Shown: positions 16,251 through 27,293, counted from the first letter of the stretch. The stretch is DNA of 60,939 nucleotides from a virus (IMGVR_UViG_3300027980_000037:1-60939), one strand, 5' to 3'. Numbers and translations are program-made. Notes: a model not told the origin generated them from the sequence alone.

Positions 16251-19200
16251 TTAGAACAGGTGTGCGAAGGCTTCCACTCTCGACATGACCTTGTTCTTGC
16301 GACTCTGAAGGCGGTCTATGGCCGCCTTTTTTTCGTCTGAATTCATCACATTGTTGTACTCGATTTGGCGTATCCGGTCATTGACCTTGCGGATTTCCTT
16401 CAGCATCTTGTTCAGATTGTTACGCGCAGCCAGCACACCGACTTTATCTTTGTATAGTGCTTTGGCTTCTTTACCAAGCCCCTGCTTCTTATAAGCATTG
16501 ATCGTGCGATAGATGTCGTTTGATTCTTCCAGCATTCCGTACATCTGGTTAGCGTACTTGGTGTAACGCGGGTTCGGGTTGCGCCAGAACCGTTTCACAA
16601 CAGGGTAGTCACGAATGTCTTTGGCGGTTTTGTCCGGGTATCCGAATGCGCCCCGCGTCATGTAGTCAGCCGCATCAAGGATATACATACCAGTTGCACC
16701 GAAGTAACCACGCAAAGCGTGTTCTAGGCGCTGCGGTGAGCGCAGCCACGCCGGCGCGCTGTCTGGCATAGCCTTTGCCATTTCACGCATGAACTCAGAT
16801 GTCCACGGGTTGTACTGAGCCTCTGGTATCCGGCCCTGCTCACTGAAGCCTACAATCGGGCTGTTCGTAAAGAAATCGAGGTTTGATTTCTGCTCCCATA
16901 TAGGCTTAATCAGCTGTGGTACAGGGTTGAAGGCGAAGGTTTCAAACATCATCGAAAGCCCACGCTCTTTCATCAGGTTCAAATCATCCCTGCCGGCAGT
17001 CTTGCGCCAGATACGCTCAGGCACTGTGGCAAACATAGCGCCCACTTCAAACGGTTTCGGGATACGGAAGTGTTCACCCTTGTTGTCATTAGCCATATCG
17101 CGACCGATCCAGATGTGCCAGTACAGGTCTTTATCCCACTCTGGAAGCCGTTCGTAATCGTCGTTATCCCAATTCCGGTACAGCAGAGCCAGTGACATAG
17201 CAGCCAGAATGAAGCCTTTGGTGGCGAATGCCTTCGGGTTATCCATCGCGCCGCGAGACAGGCGATACAAACCCTGCAACCTGGCATTAAAAAACGGAAC
17301 GGTAGCGACCAGAGCCATGACTGTCGGGTTGTCACCGACCATCGTGAAGTTCAACACATCACGCGCCTGATAAGCCGCTTCCGCTACCGAACCGCCAGCA
17401 CCGCGCACACGCTTATAAACAGCAACACGGTTGGCTTGCTCTGAAGCATTACCAACGCGCCGCCAGAACCGCCACATACCGGACGGTGAAACAATCGAAT
17501 TCATAAAGCTGTCAACGTGACCGCGAGGCACTTTCTTGGCGATCAGCTTACGAACATCATCTGAGTTGGTGTCATAGAAGCCACCGCCACCAGCACCAGC
17601 CGCCATAAGGGTCAGCATATCTTCATCTTCGTTCCAAGCTGACTTCATGCCTTTGACTGAATCGACAAATGGCTTCATACCAACGTCAGACTGTACCCAC
17701 GCAGCCAGTGTGTCACGGACGAAGTTAGCCATCATAAATGCAGGGTCAGTTGTAACCATTGTGGTCAGCAACCGTTTAGAACCGCCGAACAGCCCCATAA
17801 TGTTGTCGAACCGCTGAGTACCAACACCCTGCAGAGTGCGAAGCAGTAGCGGATCGTGAACGCGGTAGTAAACCCGCTGACCGTTCTGAAGCACCGTCAC
17901 AATGTTGTCGCCGGCTGGCGCGACCTTGCGGAACACCTTCAGCCACTGGTCGCGCTGCTCGGGAGTCATGCGCTGGACTACTTGCATACCGAAGGTATCG
18001 ACTTGCCCGGGCGCTGGCGTGTTACCAACAATGAGGCCCGCCTTGCGTAGCGCAGAAGCCATCTGCTGCAACGATATCTGAACCGCTTCTGTTTCAAGGT
18101 CGATCTTCTCTAATGCACCGCCATCATAAGCCAGCGCAACACGCTGCATGGCATGGTTGCGATAAGCCGCGTCCATCATGTAGGTCATGTTCATAACCAT
18201 GTTCTCGAAGACGTGACCGACTTTGCGCTCAGAACCCTTCAAGCGCATGATGCCGGAATTCACATTCGAGACACCGCCGCGCATACCACGCGGCTTCCTG
18301 CCTTCACCCTTGCTGTATTCGTCAAATTCGATTGACTCCATAGCTCGATGGAAAGGCACATACATATTGTTGATGAATGTTTTGCGAAGCTCGGCATCCA
18401 GTACGCCAGACTTCTCTAGCAGATCGAGGGCTTCGCTGTTCATCTTCATCCAATCCTTGTGGACTTTCTCGAAGATTGATTCGCCGTTTTCATCGAGGTA
18501 CTTATCCTTCAGTTCCAGAATTTCTTCGATGTCTTCCGGGTCAAACAGTTTTTCACGCTCAGTACCGTCTTTATTCTTCTCGTTCATCAACTGCTTCGCA
18601 CGTTTGGCAGCTGCGTACAGCTCCCATAAGTGCAACAGGTTGCCATCCTTGTGATCGGTGAGAGGCCGGAAGATTTCAATGATGCCCTTGCGCCCTGCTT
18701 TCGGCTGGAAAGAACCGTCTTTCAACTGAGGAATGCCGCCTATCATCACATAGGTCATTACCGACCGAATGTTTCTGGTAGCCAGCACAGCTTTGTATGG
18801 CGAGTAAGCAGCATCTAGGGTCTGACCAAAGGTATCGACTTCTAGCGCCCGCAGTGACTCGGCGTTATCAATGATGTTCTGTCGGATCGCCCGCCAATCC
18901 CAATTGGTCATGTTGCGGAACCAAATACGCATACGGTCGCGCAGTGTGTAATCTTCCTGCGGTTTAGCCAGGTACTTACCTGTCAGTGCTTCCATGCGAT
19001 CGCCACCAGTAGCTCGCTTGCTGTACATATTTCTGGTGTTGCCGTACTTCTTGTTGATGAAAGCCTTTGTGATATCTCGGAACTCTTTTACCGTTCCGAT
19101 TTTCAGATTAGATGCCACCGTATCGAAGGCATCATCAATAAGAATCATCGCTTTGTTAAGACCGTCGATGTTTCTCGGGTTGTGCTTTTTGTACTTCGGC

Positions 19201-22200
19201 TGGTACTTACTGGTGTACTGAAAAATCAGGTCTTTGCGTACCTGTTCCAACAACGCCTCACGGTTTGCACCAGATGGAGTTTTAAGGAACGATTTCAATT
19301 CGATTAGCCCCAAGAAGCTATTGTGCGGAGTGAGCATACTCAGGAAGCGGTCGATGTGCTGACCGACAGGTTCGTGACGATCTTCATACCGCTTGCTGAA
19401 GCGTGGCTTGAACGGTCTGCCGGCTGGGGTGGTCATGCGGCGAGAAAGGTCAATCAGGGCTTCGTCAGCACTCTTGTACTTCGTCTGGTTGCGAACAAAG
19501 CGACCAAGCACAATGTCTTCCATTGCCAGTGATATCAAGTCAATGGTGTCTGCTATATCTGCCTCACGCTCATTCTCGATGTAATCGCGGTCAGGATAGA
19601 TCTCGATGTCGCCCTGCTGGGCATCGGCATCAATAAACCGGGCTGCTTTGATTGTCTCAAAGATAAAAGAATCGAGCGCGTCTGTGTCCATCGGATCTTC
19701 GATAAACTTCTGCAACTCAAGCATTGCTGCCGGATTCTTTGCGCCTTCCAAGAACAGCCGGTCTGTCTGGCTGAGTGCTGGCATAGACATTTCCACCACA
19801 TTACCCTTGCTGAATACAGGATTGATTCGCTCGGCATCAGTCGATGGCCCGTATTCCTCGTAGATTTCTTCCATTGCTTTTGATATTTCGTCGCGGAAGG
19901 CATCAGGGTTTTCGAGTGTGGCGGTCTGGCTGGCAGACATGATGGTTTGCTGGTAATCCATGTTCGCTTTCGTGAGATCGCGAGCCGCCCGGATAATCAA
20001 CGCGTCAACTTCTTCTTCTGTGATTTCTTGATTGAATCCGATACGGCGAAGCGCCTGACGCATTGCTACCCGTGCGCGGGCAAGTATTCCTATATTGTTA
20101 TTGCCACGCTCAGTTAGGATCGCCAGTGTTTCTTTGGCTAAAACATCATTGTTTTCATTCGGGTTGCGCAGCTCTGCTTCTTTCCACGCATCAGCTACAC
20201 GCTTGTTTCCTGAGCGAGCCATACTCTTAACAGCTCCCAGCACATCATTGAACTCTGGAAGTTTTTCCAGACCGTAGTGACCAATGATTTCGTGAGAGGC
20301 TACGCGGGCAACATCATCTGCATTACGCAGATTGTCGGCTACCATATAAACCTTGTTCGTTCCCTCAAGGTACACGCCCTCAATAATGTCACTTGGTTCT
20401 ACGTCAAACGGTAGATCTGAGTTCGACTGCACAACCTCGATGTCTACAACACCACCGAACTGTGACTTGAATGGCGACAGGAACATATCAACCTGTTCTA
20501 CAGTCAGACCTTCCTCTACCTGTTCTGTGCCGGCAGACAAGAATTTGTGAGCGCGAGTGTCTGGAAGCGCACCTCTACCTCCGGTGCGTCGAACAGTTTT
20601 ACCGTTGTTTATCCAATCAGTGAATTGCATATCAAGGCGGTTTAATAGTCGCTTTATGTTGTCTGCAACCCCGTTTAAGGTTCTGTAATTCTCCCTGTTT
20701 GAGACAAGCACAATTCGGTTTGCGCCAGCCTTACCAAGCTCACGCATAATCAATGGCGCACCAGTTTCCATATCACCTCTACGCAAAAGACCAGCTTCAT
20801 CAAGGTCGTATGGCAGGAAGCCGGTAATCATGGCTCTTTGGTTGAGCATCAGAATTCCTTCCTGACCATCTAGGTTTTCTTGAACCCACGCTTCTATATC
20901 TTCTGCACTGTTAATCTTTGCCGGCGGTACTTCTTCAACCTCGCCAACAAAGCGACGTTCAATCAGCGGAATTGTTTCTTCGTTACCGGTTTCCTGCGGC
21001 CTTTCGACTTCCCTCTTGCTCTGGTCAACACCGGAGCCAGGATGAAAGAATGTGTACTTCGAGCCGCGAGCAACAACAATACTGCCTTTAAAGTTAAGAC
21101 CTGTCTGTGTTAGAGAAAGGTTTATAGATCTTGCGAGCTTTCTGTCGCTGTCACTCTGAGTTGTAATGCCGCCCGGATGATTGTGTGCCATCCAGAAATT
21201 CACGCCATTTGGATCACTCATTACTGCCGGAAAGAAAACTTCCGAATACATGGTGGTAGCAGATATGCCACCAACAGAAAGGCGAACAACAAACAACGGC
21301 TTGTTGTTTTTATCTGTAATCAATCCAAGCAACACTTCGTGCGACTTCTGACCGATAACGGCATGAAAGATGTCTGCAGCCTGTTGCGCGGTGTCCACTG
21401 TTTCGTGCGGATACTTAATCATCGACTGAACAGCGTTACCAACTGGCTGCTGATACAGGGTCGCCGGTGTTCCTTTTTCCGGCTTAATGATTGTTGGCTT
21501 CTTAGCCGCCGGCGGTGCTGATGGCACTGGCTGTGGTTTTGTTTCCGGTTTATTCAGAATCGCATAGACCTCTGTCTTTGACAGAATGTGGTCACGCCGG
21601 ATCTTCGCCGGATAAGCCGCTTTCGTTTTAGCCGGCGATACCGTGAACTGTGAAAGGTTTAGATTGCTGATGTCGATGGCATAAACTTCGCCACCAACCT
21701 TCGATATTTCGTCAGGCGATGAATAAAGGAACGTATTACCGTTTACCTGTTGGAACTGACCATCAGGCCCGACAGGGTGCATTAGAGAATCGACATACCA
21801 TATACGGCTTACGATATCCCCCTCGGCAAGTGATACCCGCGACACGGGTCGCTTGCTGAACAACTGGTTCTGCTTGCCTTTAGGCGCGTCGCCCCACTGT
21901 TCCTTCATGTAATCGTTGGTGGCAGAAAGCAGATCATCGAGGCTTGCCGGCTCAGAACCAAAGATATCTTCGGTGCTGCCCTTGCTTATCTCGTTGTTGA
22001 TACGCTCTGCCAGATGCGACAGGGCTGAACCCATGCGCTGACCGCTACGCATATTGGCATCAAGGAATCGTGCGAATCTGTCAGCTGTCGGGTCGATCTC
22101 GGTGAAGGCATCACGCTGTGCCAGGAATTCTTCGACAGTAAGACCAGCGCCCTTCGCTGAACGTATTGCCTCGATAGCGTCAGTCAACGGCGTAACGGCA

Positions 22201-25200
22201 TCCAGATCGCCCAGCTTGCCATTAGCTGCAGACTGCGCCCGCGCAAAATTCGGGGCTGCTTTGTTGAGCGCGGCAATGATGTTCTTAATGCCCGGGTCAG
22301 CTTCTTCAGCCATCAGGCTAAGGATTCGCTCGTTTCGGTATGCAGTCCAGAACACAGCCTGTTGCACTCGATCTGCAAGCTGCTTGGTCGGGCGACCGTC
22401 TTCGGTCATAAACGCTGCGCGCTCGGCCACCGGTATATTCTCGTTCATAAACTCAACCATGAACGGCATATTGCTGGCTGCTAACAGGTTGCCCTTATCA
22501 TCGGGGTTTAGCATCCCGATCATCTTTTCGCTTACAACATCTTTTGCTGCCTGTTCTGATGGCGAGAATGCTGCTTGCGCACTGACGTTACCTTCCTTGC
22601 CAAGATCTGCAAGTTCGGCATCAGACATTTCTTCTTGAATGACGCGAACAAGAACAGAGAATCCATAAACACTGTCTTTCTTGTCCTCGCCAAAATTAAA
22701 ACCGAACTGGCTCTCGTTTTTAATTATGTAATCGTGATACTCCTTTTGCAGCGCTTCGGTAGATTCGTTCTCGTCTTTACCGAAAGATGATTTGAACAAC
22801 ATCACACGACCGTTGCCGGAAACAACAACACCGTCTTTGGTTATCACGGGAGCGCCATCTTCGGCTGTTGTAGTAAAACCGACTCGCTCTGGCTGGAACT
22901 TCGATTTTGTTTCGTTTATCCATTGTTGTGTAGCGTCACGGCTGCGGTCACGTGGCTGCATTTCCTCTGGATAGTTTTTGTTCTTCTTGCCTGATATCAG
23001 GTTGCTTGCTACAAGGTCGCGAAGATCCCATATCTCCCACCTGGTACTAACCTTTCTTGAGCCAAAAAGAGTCTGCTGGTTGCTGCCTATGCCAGCCTTC
23101 ATTTCTTCTGAAGTAGAGTCAGAGCCAAAATTGTTAACACCAGAAAAAATTCCACGTGGGGCTGTCATTTGCGACTCTTGCCCACTGTCTATCCAATCTT
23201 TAAGCTCTGATATTTTTCCTTGATAAGATATGTTTTCACCACTCGGGTACATGGCTTTGTAGGCGCTCATTGCTGCTGCCTTACGGTTAAACCCGACTAG
23301 AACTTTAGTCTGAACGTAAGTCATTCCACCATCGTCAAGCTGGTCTACAAACCAAACCTTGTCAGACGTTTCAAGAGCATCGCCTATAATCACATCAATC
23401 TTCATGCGATCATGGCCCTTAGTGCCTTCGATGTTTCCGTAATGAGCCTTTAGGGTTTTACCGTATCTCTCACTCCCTTTCGGGTACTGCATACGCAATG
23501 TTAAGCCGGCTGCTTCCCACTCGATTGCGGGCTGCTCAAAGTTACCTTCAGTGCCGGCGTTCTGTTGTGACGTTGTAGGCTCTGGCTTGTCGTTCTCGGG
23601 GTTGAATGGAGAGGCTGCAGCGGCTGCATTAACAGAGCCTTTTTCCACATTCTGAATCTTGCCGGGTTCACGCTTAATGCCGCCAGTATCATTAGCGTCA
23701 TAATTGCTGTATTCAAAGTTGTCGCCAGCAACGTACTGCTTGCCATCGACATCAATTACCCTGCCGCTGTAATCCCACGGGCGACGAGCGCCTTTCTTGG
23801 TGTTGCTGGTTTCACCGAATCCTTCGATATCAGTGATGGTTTCTGCGTTCCAATCTTCAATTGGTGTCAACTCTGTATAGTGGACACTACGAATTTCATC
23901 TTGGTGTTCAATAACACGGCGAATAGCAACCATCGTGCCATCAATGTTCATAACCTTTACGGTTTCCAGCTTGCCGTGAAACATTTCAGCGTGTGGTCTA
24001 TCTGAATACTGCTCATACTCTGGCAGTTGATCCAAGTACGGTTGGATATCTGGAATACCAGCTTCTACGTCATAGGTCTTATTTAGCGCCATGTTGCCGC
24101 GCTTGTAGGTAACAAACATCTGAAAGTCTGTGTCTGTGTTTCCTGCAAGCTGTTCAAGAACCCACTGCGCGCTAACCTGTATCTGCGCGTTCTTGCGAAG
24201 CACTTTGTTGTAACGAGTGACAATGATAACGCCTTCAGCCTGATCCGAATGAATCACGAAGGCGATATCATCATTACTGAAAGTGCCGGCTTCTTTTTTG
24301 TTCTTCTTATTGGCTTTGAAGTCATTGTGTTTCTTTAGCCGGCGAAGCCATGAGTTACCGTCAGTGTCTTCTTCACTGTAGTACGGGCGCATTGCATCAA
24401 CTACTGCATTAGCGACCTCTACTTTAAACTCGTCAACAGTCTGTTCAGTAGGGGCTTTGGTTTCCGGTGCGAAAATTTCTTTTGAAGTTCCCCAACCACC
24501 ATCGCGATTCCACTCGTAGTTGCGAGCGACCACATATTTCTTCTTACCGTGCTGAACCCTAGTGCCTGTCCAATCACCACGCTGGCGACCTTTGTCGTAC
24601 TGCTCTATTTGCTGACCTACATCAATTGTTTCGCCTTCATAATCTTCCTGCGGAACAAGCTCCACATAGCGAATTTGTTTCGGGCCTCTCTCGCCCTGAT
24701 GTGTAATACCAGCCGCCGTAAACAAGCGACCACCAACCTCGACCGGCTTGTTTATCTTGCCCGTAGACAGCTTCACAGCATCGTGAGTCTTGTCGAGCTT
24801 CTTAACATCATTCGGTTCTAGCTTAGGTACGCTGTTATCAGCCTTCGTTTTTGCTTTAGGCTTGGCTTTAGGCTTGGCTTTCGGTTTCGGCGCGGCTTCG
24901 GTCTTGTTGTCTTCAGATGGGGTGAATGCCGCAACCAAAGCATCAGCTTCAGCTTTAGTTATCGGGCCGGTGTCTTTGCGAGCAATGCGAGTACCTGGCG
25001 ACATTTTCGCTTTCTTTGTATCGCCCCCCAATACATCTGCTTTTGTTTGCTCAATATGGCGACCGGTTTTAACCCATCCTTCCGGCAGCTCGCCTGTCAC
25101 ATCTGACTCAACATCAAGGTAAATCAATCCGGCGTTATACATATCGCCAGACATGGAAGTTTTGATTCCAGCTTTATTGAGAGAAACAACACCTTGTTTT

Positions 25201-27293
25201 ACTTTCGGGTTTACTACGTCACCCATAAAGCCGGTGAAATCTGTACCCTGCGCTTCTATGCTCGCAAGGTCTTTATCCAAAGATTCTTGTTCTGACCGGG
25301 CTGCTTCCGGCAAACGACTGTAGTCGATGTAGCGACGAAGACTGCTGGTTGCTTTAGCTCCGTATGCAGTGAGATATGTTTGGAACTCACCTTCAATAAA
25401 GTCAGCTTCTTTTTTGACCTCTTTCTGTGCAGCAGCCAGCCGCTTCCTGCCGGCTTCACTGGTTGGTTCTTTGCCTGTTTTCGGGTCGAAGCCAGAAGCT
25501 ACGGCAGACTCAAGCTGCTCGATCTTCGTTCTGCTCGATAGCACGTTTGACATGACCGACTGATGGAAGATTTCATTCTTCTGCTGGCTGTCGGGCCATT
25601 CGCCGCCAGCCGCCGTGTAATCGGATTTAAGGCTTTCGTCAGGCGATGGGAAGCTCGTCACATAGTCATAGCCGCCGGAAGTGTCCGGTGCTGCCCCTGT
25701 GGGCGCTGTATCGGGCAGAGTGACCGTATCACCGTCTGGCTGGCTATCAGGCTCAGGTTCGGTGTCTGGCGGCTGTACCGTGTTCCCTGTGTCCACCTGT
25801 GGCGCTGTATCAGGCTGCGGGGTCATGGGGATATCATCATCAGGCTCGGGCTGAGTTTCGCTCTCAGGGGCTGATTCTGGCGCTGCCTCGGCTTCCGGCT
25901 GGTTAGCCGGCTGGTTAGCCGGCTGGAATGTCTCAGGGTTGCTCATAGCCCGCGTGGCGAGCTGTGTCAGCTCTGTCAGGGCTTTAGCTGCGGTTGTATC
26001 CGTATCCTTTGGATCTGATGCCCTGTTCATCACATCAGCAACTGGCGCTATATCCAGCCCCTGATTAGCGAAAACGCGGGTAACTTCCTTAAACTTCCTT
26101 GCTAGGGCTGCTTCTGCGACCTTATTCGACTTATACGAGGCTTCACGCTCGGATACGTTGACATCGAATGTGCCGAAGCCGACACCCATAGCACCGCCGG
26201 CAATAGCGCCGCCAACCATTTCGTCGACAACACCATCCCATGTATCCAGATCGAGGTCGATCCCCTGCATGGTGACGTTCTGGATTGCCCGGGAAGAACC
26301 GGACTGACCGGCTTCCTGTACTGCTTCAGAGAGAAAACCAGCGCCAGCACCGCGAAGGCGGTTTGAAGCCCATACGCCAGAACCACCAAGCACCTTACCC
26401 AACACAGAGCCAAGCGGAGCGCCAAGCAGGGCCGACACACCAGTAACCTTGCTGGCAGCACTCTTTGAAAGCTCGTTAGCTAGTGTGTGTGAGGCGTACT
26501 GTACGCGCTCCATCGGTGACAGTTCGGGGGCTGACTGAAAGATTTCTTGGAAGCGCGGGTTAGCCCACAGATCTTCGGGGTCTGATTCCATGACCTGTCT
26601 GTAGACTTCAGCACCGGCGGCTGTGCCTTCGACAGCACCCTCACCAATACCGAAACCGACACCACCAAGCATACCGTCGACGATCCGCAGCTTCTTAGCA
26701 GCTGCAGCGCCTTTGGCTACCGTAGCTGCTGATGCGCCGGCTTTTGAACCAGCCTTAACAGCTGCATCAAGGGTCGCTCTGCCGAATGGGTTAGCAAATA
26801 ACTGCAGACCTTTGGTGACTGCACCACCAGCACCCATACCAAGCATAGTGCCAGGTATCGAACTTGCGCCGGCAAGCCCGACCTTATGCAAGCTCCAATC
26901 GTCGATCTCCCACGAACCGTCAGGGTTTACCTTAGTCCAATCTCGGCTGATTTCGTGCAGGGCATCTGCAGACATACCGCTGTACCAATGGTCAACGGCA
27001 CTCGAAGCGGCATCTTCCAACGCAGAGCCAGCGTCTTCCATACCACCCATACGCATGAGCCAGCCCATGCCTTCGCCAATCTGAGCGAAGCCACCCATGA
27101 CAGCCCTTCCGTAGTCGGAAGCACCAATATCAGGATCGTCTGATTGTGAGGATATTTGGGAACTGTAAGTGCTGCTTAAATAATCATCGAGCGGGGAGCC
27201 GCCTGATATTTGTTGTCCAGCAGATTCTGTTTTAGCCGGCGCACCTTCGCCGCCATACTGCTGTTTCAAATAATCGTCTAATGGCGATGCCAT
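16251..27293 (-). CDS. Large polyvalent virion/ejected protein (PPase-like, ddrB-like ParB, JAB/RadC, MPTase-like, LPD38-like domains)
   Basis: 3680 aa; QPRDRSR...GAPV...SGNGR (ParB-like); HNHPGG...SDSD (JAB); HEIIGHYG (metallopeptidase); RIPKPFEVG (LPD38-like). Confidence 0.85.
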   Translation of the reverse strand: MASPLDDYLKQQYGGEGAPAKTESAGQQISGGSPLDDYLSSTYSSQISSQSDDPDIGASDYGRAVMGGFAQIGEGMGWLMRMGGMEDAGSALEDAASSAVDHWYSGMSADALHEISRDWTKVNPDGSWEIDDWSLHKVGLAGASSIPGTMLGMGAGGAVTKGLQLFANPFGRATLDAAVKAGSKAGASAATVAKGAAAAKKLRIVDGMLGGVGFGIGEGAVEGTAAGAEVYRQVMESDPEDLWANPRFQEIFQSAPELSPMERVQYASHTLANELSKSAASKVTGVSALLGAPLGSVLGKVLGGSGVWASNRLRGAGAGFLSEAVQEAGQSGSSRAIQNVTMQGIDLDLDTWDGVVDEMVGGAIAGGAMGVGFGTFDVNVSEREASYKSNKVAEAALARKFKEVTRVFANQGLDIAPVADVMNRASDPKDTDTTAAKALTELTQLATRAMSNPETFQPANQPANQPEAEAAPESAPESETQPEPDDDIPMTPQPDTAPQVDTGNTVQPPDTEPEPDSQPDGDTVTLPDTAPTGAAPDTSGGYDYVTSFPSPDESLKSDYTAAGGEWPDSQQKNEIFHQSVMSNVLSSRTKIEQLESAVASGFDPKTGKEPTSEAGRKRLAAAQKEVKKEADFIEGEFQTYLTAYGAKATSSLRRYIDYSRLPEAARSEQESLDKDLASIEAQGTDFTGFMGDVVNPKVKQGVVSLNKAGIKTSMSGDMYNAGLIYLDVESDVTGELPEGWVKTGRHIEQTKADVLGGDTKKAKMSPGTRIARKDTGPITKAEADALVAAFTPSEDNKTEAAPKPKAKPKAKPKAKTKADNSVPKLEPNDVKKLDKTHDAVKLSTGKINKPVEVGGRLFTAAGITHQGERGPKQIRYVELVPQEDYEGETIDVGQQIEQYDKGRQRGDWTGTRVQHGKKKYVVARNYEWNRDGGWGTSKEIFAPETKAPTEQTVDEFKVEVANAVVDAMRPYYSEEDTDGNSWLRRLKKHNDFKANKKNKKEAGTFSNDDIAFVIHSDQAEGVIIVTRYNKVLRKNAQIQVSAQWVLEQLAGNTDTDFQMFVTYKRGNMALNKTYDVEAGIPDIQPYLDQLPEYEQYSDRPHAEMFHGKLETVKVMNIDGTMVAIRRVIEHQDEIRSVHYTELTPIEDWNAETITDIEGFGETSNTKKGARRPWDYSGRVIDVDGKQYVAGDNFEYSNYDANDTGGIKREPGKIQNVEKGSVNAAAAASPFNPENDKPEPTTSQQNAGTEGNFEQPAIEWEAAGLTLRMQYPKGSERYGKTLKAHYGNIEGTKGHDRMKIDVIIGDALETSDKVWFVDQLDDGGMTYVQTKVLVGFNRKAAAMSAYKAMYPSGENISYQGKISELKDWIDSGQESQMTAPRGIFSGVNNFGSDSTSEEMKAGIGSNQQTLFGSRKVSTRWEIWDLRDLVASNLISGKKNKNYPEEMQPRDRSRDATQQWINETKSKFQPERVGFTTTAEDGAPVITKDGVVVSGNGRVMLFKSSFGKDENESTEALQKEYHDYIIKNESQFGFNFGEDKKDSVYGFSVLVRVIQEEMSDAELADLGKEGNVSAQAAFSPSEQAAKDVVSEKMIGMLNPDDKGNLLAASNMPFMVEFMNENIPVAERAAFMTEDGRPTKQLADRVQQAVFWTAYRNERILSLMAEEADPGIKNIIAALNKAAPNFARAQSAANGKLGDLDAVTPLTDAIEAIRSAKGAGLTVEEFLAQRDAFTEIDPTADRFARFLDANMRSGQRMGSALSHLAERINNEISKGSTEDIFGSEPASLDDLLSATNDYMKEQWGDAPKGKQNQLFSKRPVSRVSLAEGDIVSRIWYVDSLMHPVGPDGQFQQVNGNTFLYSSPDEISKVGGEVYAIDISNLNLSQFTVSPAKTKAAYPAKIRRDHILSKTEVYAILNKPETKPQPVPSAPPAAKKPTIIKPEKGTPATLYQQPVGNAVQSMIKYPHETVDTAQQAADIFHAVIGQKSHEVLLGLITDKNNKPLFVVRLSVGGISATTMYSEVFFPAVMSDPNGVNFWMAHNHPGGITTQSDSDRKLARSINLSLTQTGLNFKGSIVVARGSKYTFFHPGSGVDQSKREVERPQETGNEETIPLIERRFVGEVEEVPPAKINSAEDIEAWVQENLDGQEGILMLNQRAMITGFLPYDLDEAGLLRRGDMETGAPLIMRELGKAGANRIVLVSNRENYRTLNGVADNIKRLLNRLDMQFTDWINNGKTVRRTGGRGALPDTRAHKFLSAGTEQVEEGLTVEQVDMFLSPFKSQFGGVVDIEVVQSNSDLPFDVEPSDIIEGVYLEGTNKVYMVADNLRNADDVARVASHEIIGHYGLEKLPEFNDVLGAVKSMARSGNKRVADAWKEAELRNPNENNDVLAKETLAILTERGNNNIGILARARVAMRQALRRIGFNQEITEEEVDALIIRAARDLTKANMDYQQTIMSASQTATLENPDAFRDEISKAMEEIYEEYGPSTDAERINPVFSKGNVVEMSMPALSQTDRLFLEGAKNPAAMLELQKFIEDPMDTDALDSFIFETIKAARFIDADAQQGDIEIYPDRDYIENEREADIADTIDLISLAMEDIVLGRFVRNQTKYKSADEALIDLSRRMTTPAGRPFKPRFSKRYEDRHEPVGQHIDRFLSMLTPHNSFLGLIELKSFLKTPSGANREALLEQVRKDLIFQYTSKYQPKYKKHNPRNIDGLNKAMILIDDAFDTVASNLKIGTVKEFRDITKAFINKKYGNTRNMYSKRATGGDRMEALTGKYLAKPQEDYTLRDRMRIWFRNMTNWDWRAIRQNIIDNAESLRALEVDTFGQTLDAAYSPYKAVLATRNIRSVMTYVMIGGIPQLKDGSFQPKAGRKGIIEIFRPLTDHKDGNLLHLWELYAAAKRAKQLMNEKNKDGTEREKLFDPEDIEEILELKDKYLDENGESIFEKVHKDWMKMNSEALDLLEKSGVLDAELRKTFINNMYVPFHRAMESIEFDEYSKGEGRKPRGMRGGVSNVNSGIMRLKGSERKVGHVFENMVMNMTYMMDAAYRNHAMQRVALAYDGGALEKIDLETEAVQISLQQMASALRKAGLIVGNTPAPGQVDTFGMQVVQRMTPEQRDQWLKVFRKVAPAGDNIVTVLQNGQRVYYRVHDPLLLRTLQGVGTQRFDNIMGLFGGSKRLLTTMVTTDPAFMMANFVRDTLAAWVQSDVGMKPFVDSVKGMKSAWNEDEDMLTLMAAGAGGGGFYDTNSDDVRKLIAKKVPRGHVDSFMNSIVSPSGMWRFWRRVGNASEQANRVAVYKRVRGAGGSVAEAAYQARDVLNFTMVGDNPTVMALVATVPFFNARLQGLYRLSRGAMDNPKAFATKGFILAAMSLALLYRNWDNDDYERLPEWDKDLYWHIWIGRDMANDNKGEHFRIPKPFEVGAMFATVPERIWRKTAGRDDLNLMKERGLSMMFETFAFNPVPQLIKPIWEQKSNLDFFTNSPIVGFSEQGRIPEAQYNPWTSEFMREMAKAMPDSAPAWLRSPQRLEHALRGYFGATGMYILDAADYMTRGAFGYPDKTAKDIRDYPVVKRFWRNPNPRYTKYANQMYGMLEESNDIYRTINAYKKQGLGKEAKALYKDKVGVLAARNNLNKMLKEIRKVNDRIRQIEYNNVMNSDEKKAAIDRLQSRKNKVMSRVEAFAHLF

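Noticed and set aside
16251-27293. N4-like virion RNA polymerase (suggested by size and N4-like capsid)
   Set aside because: No recognisable single-subunit RNAP motifs; the domains are of polyvalent-protein type.
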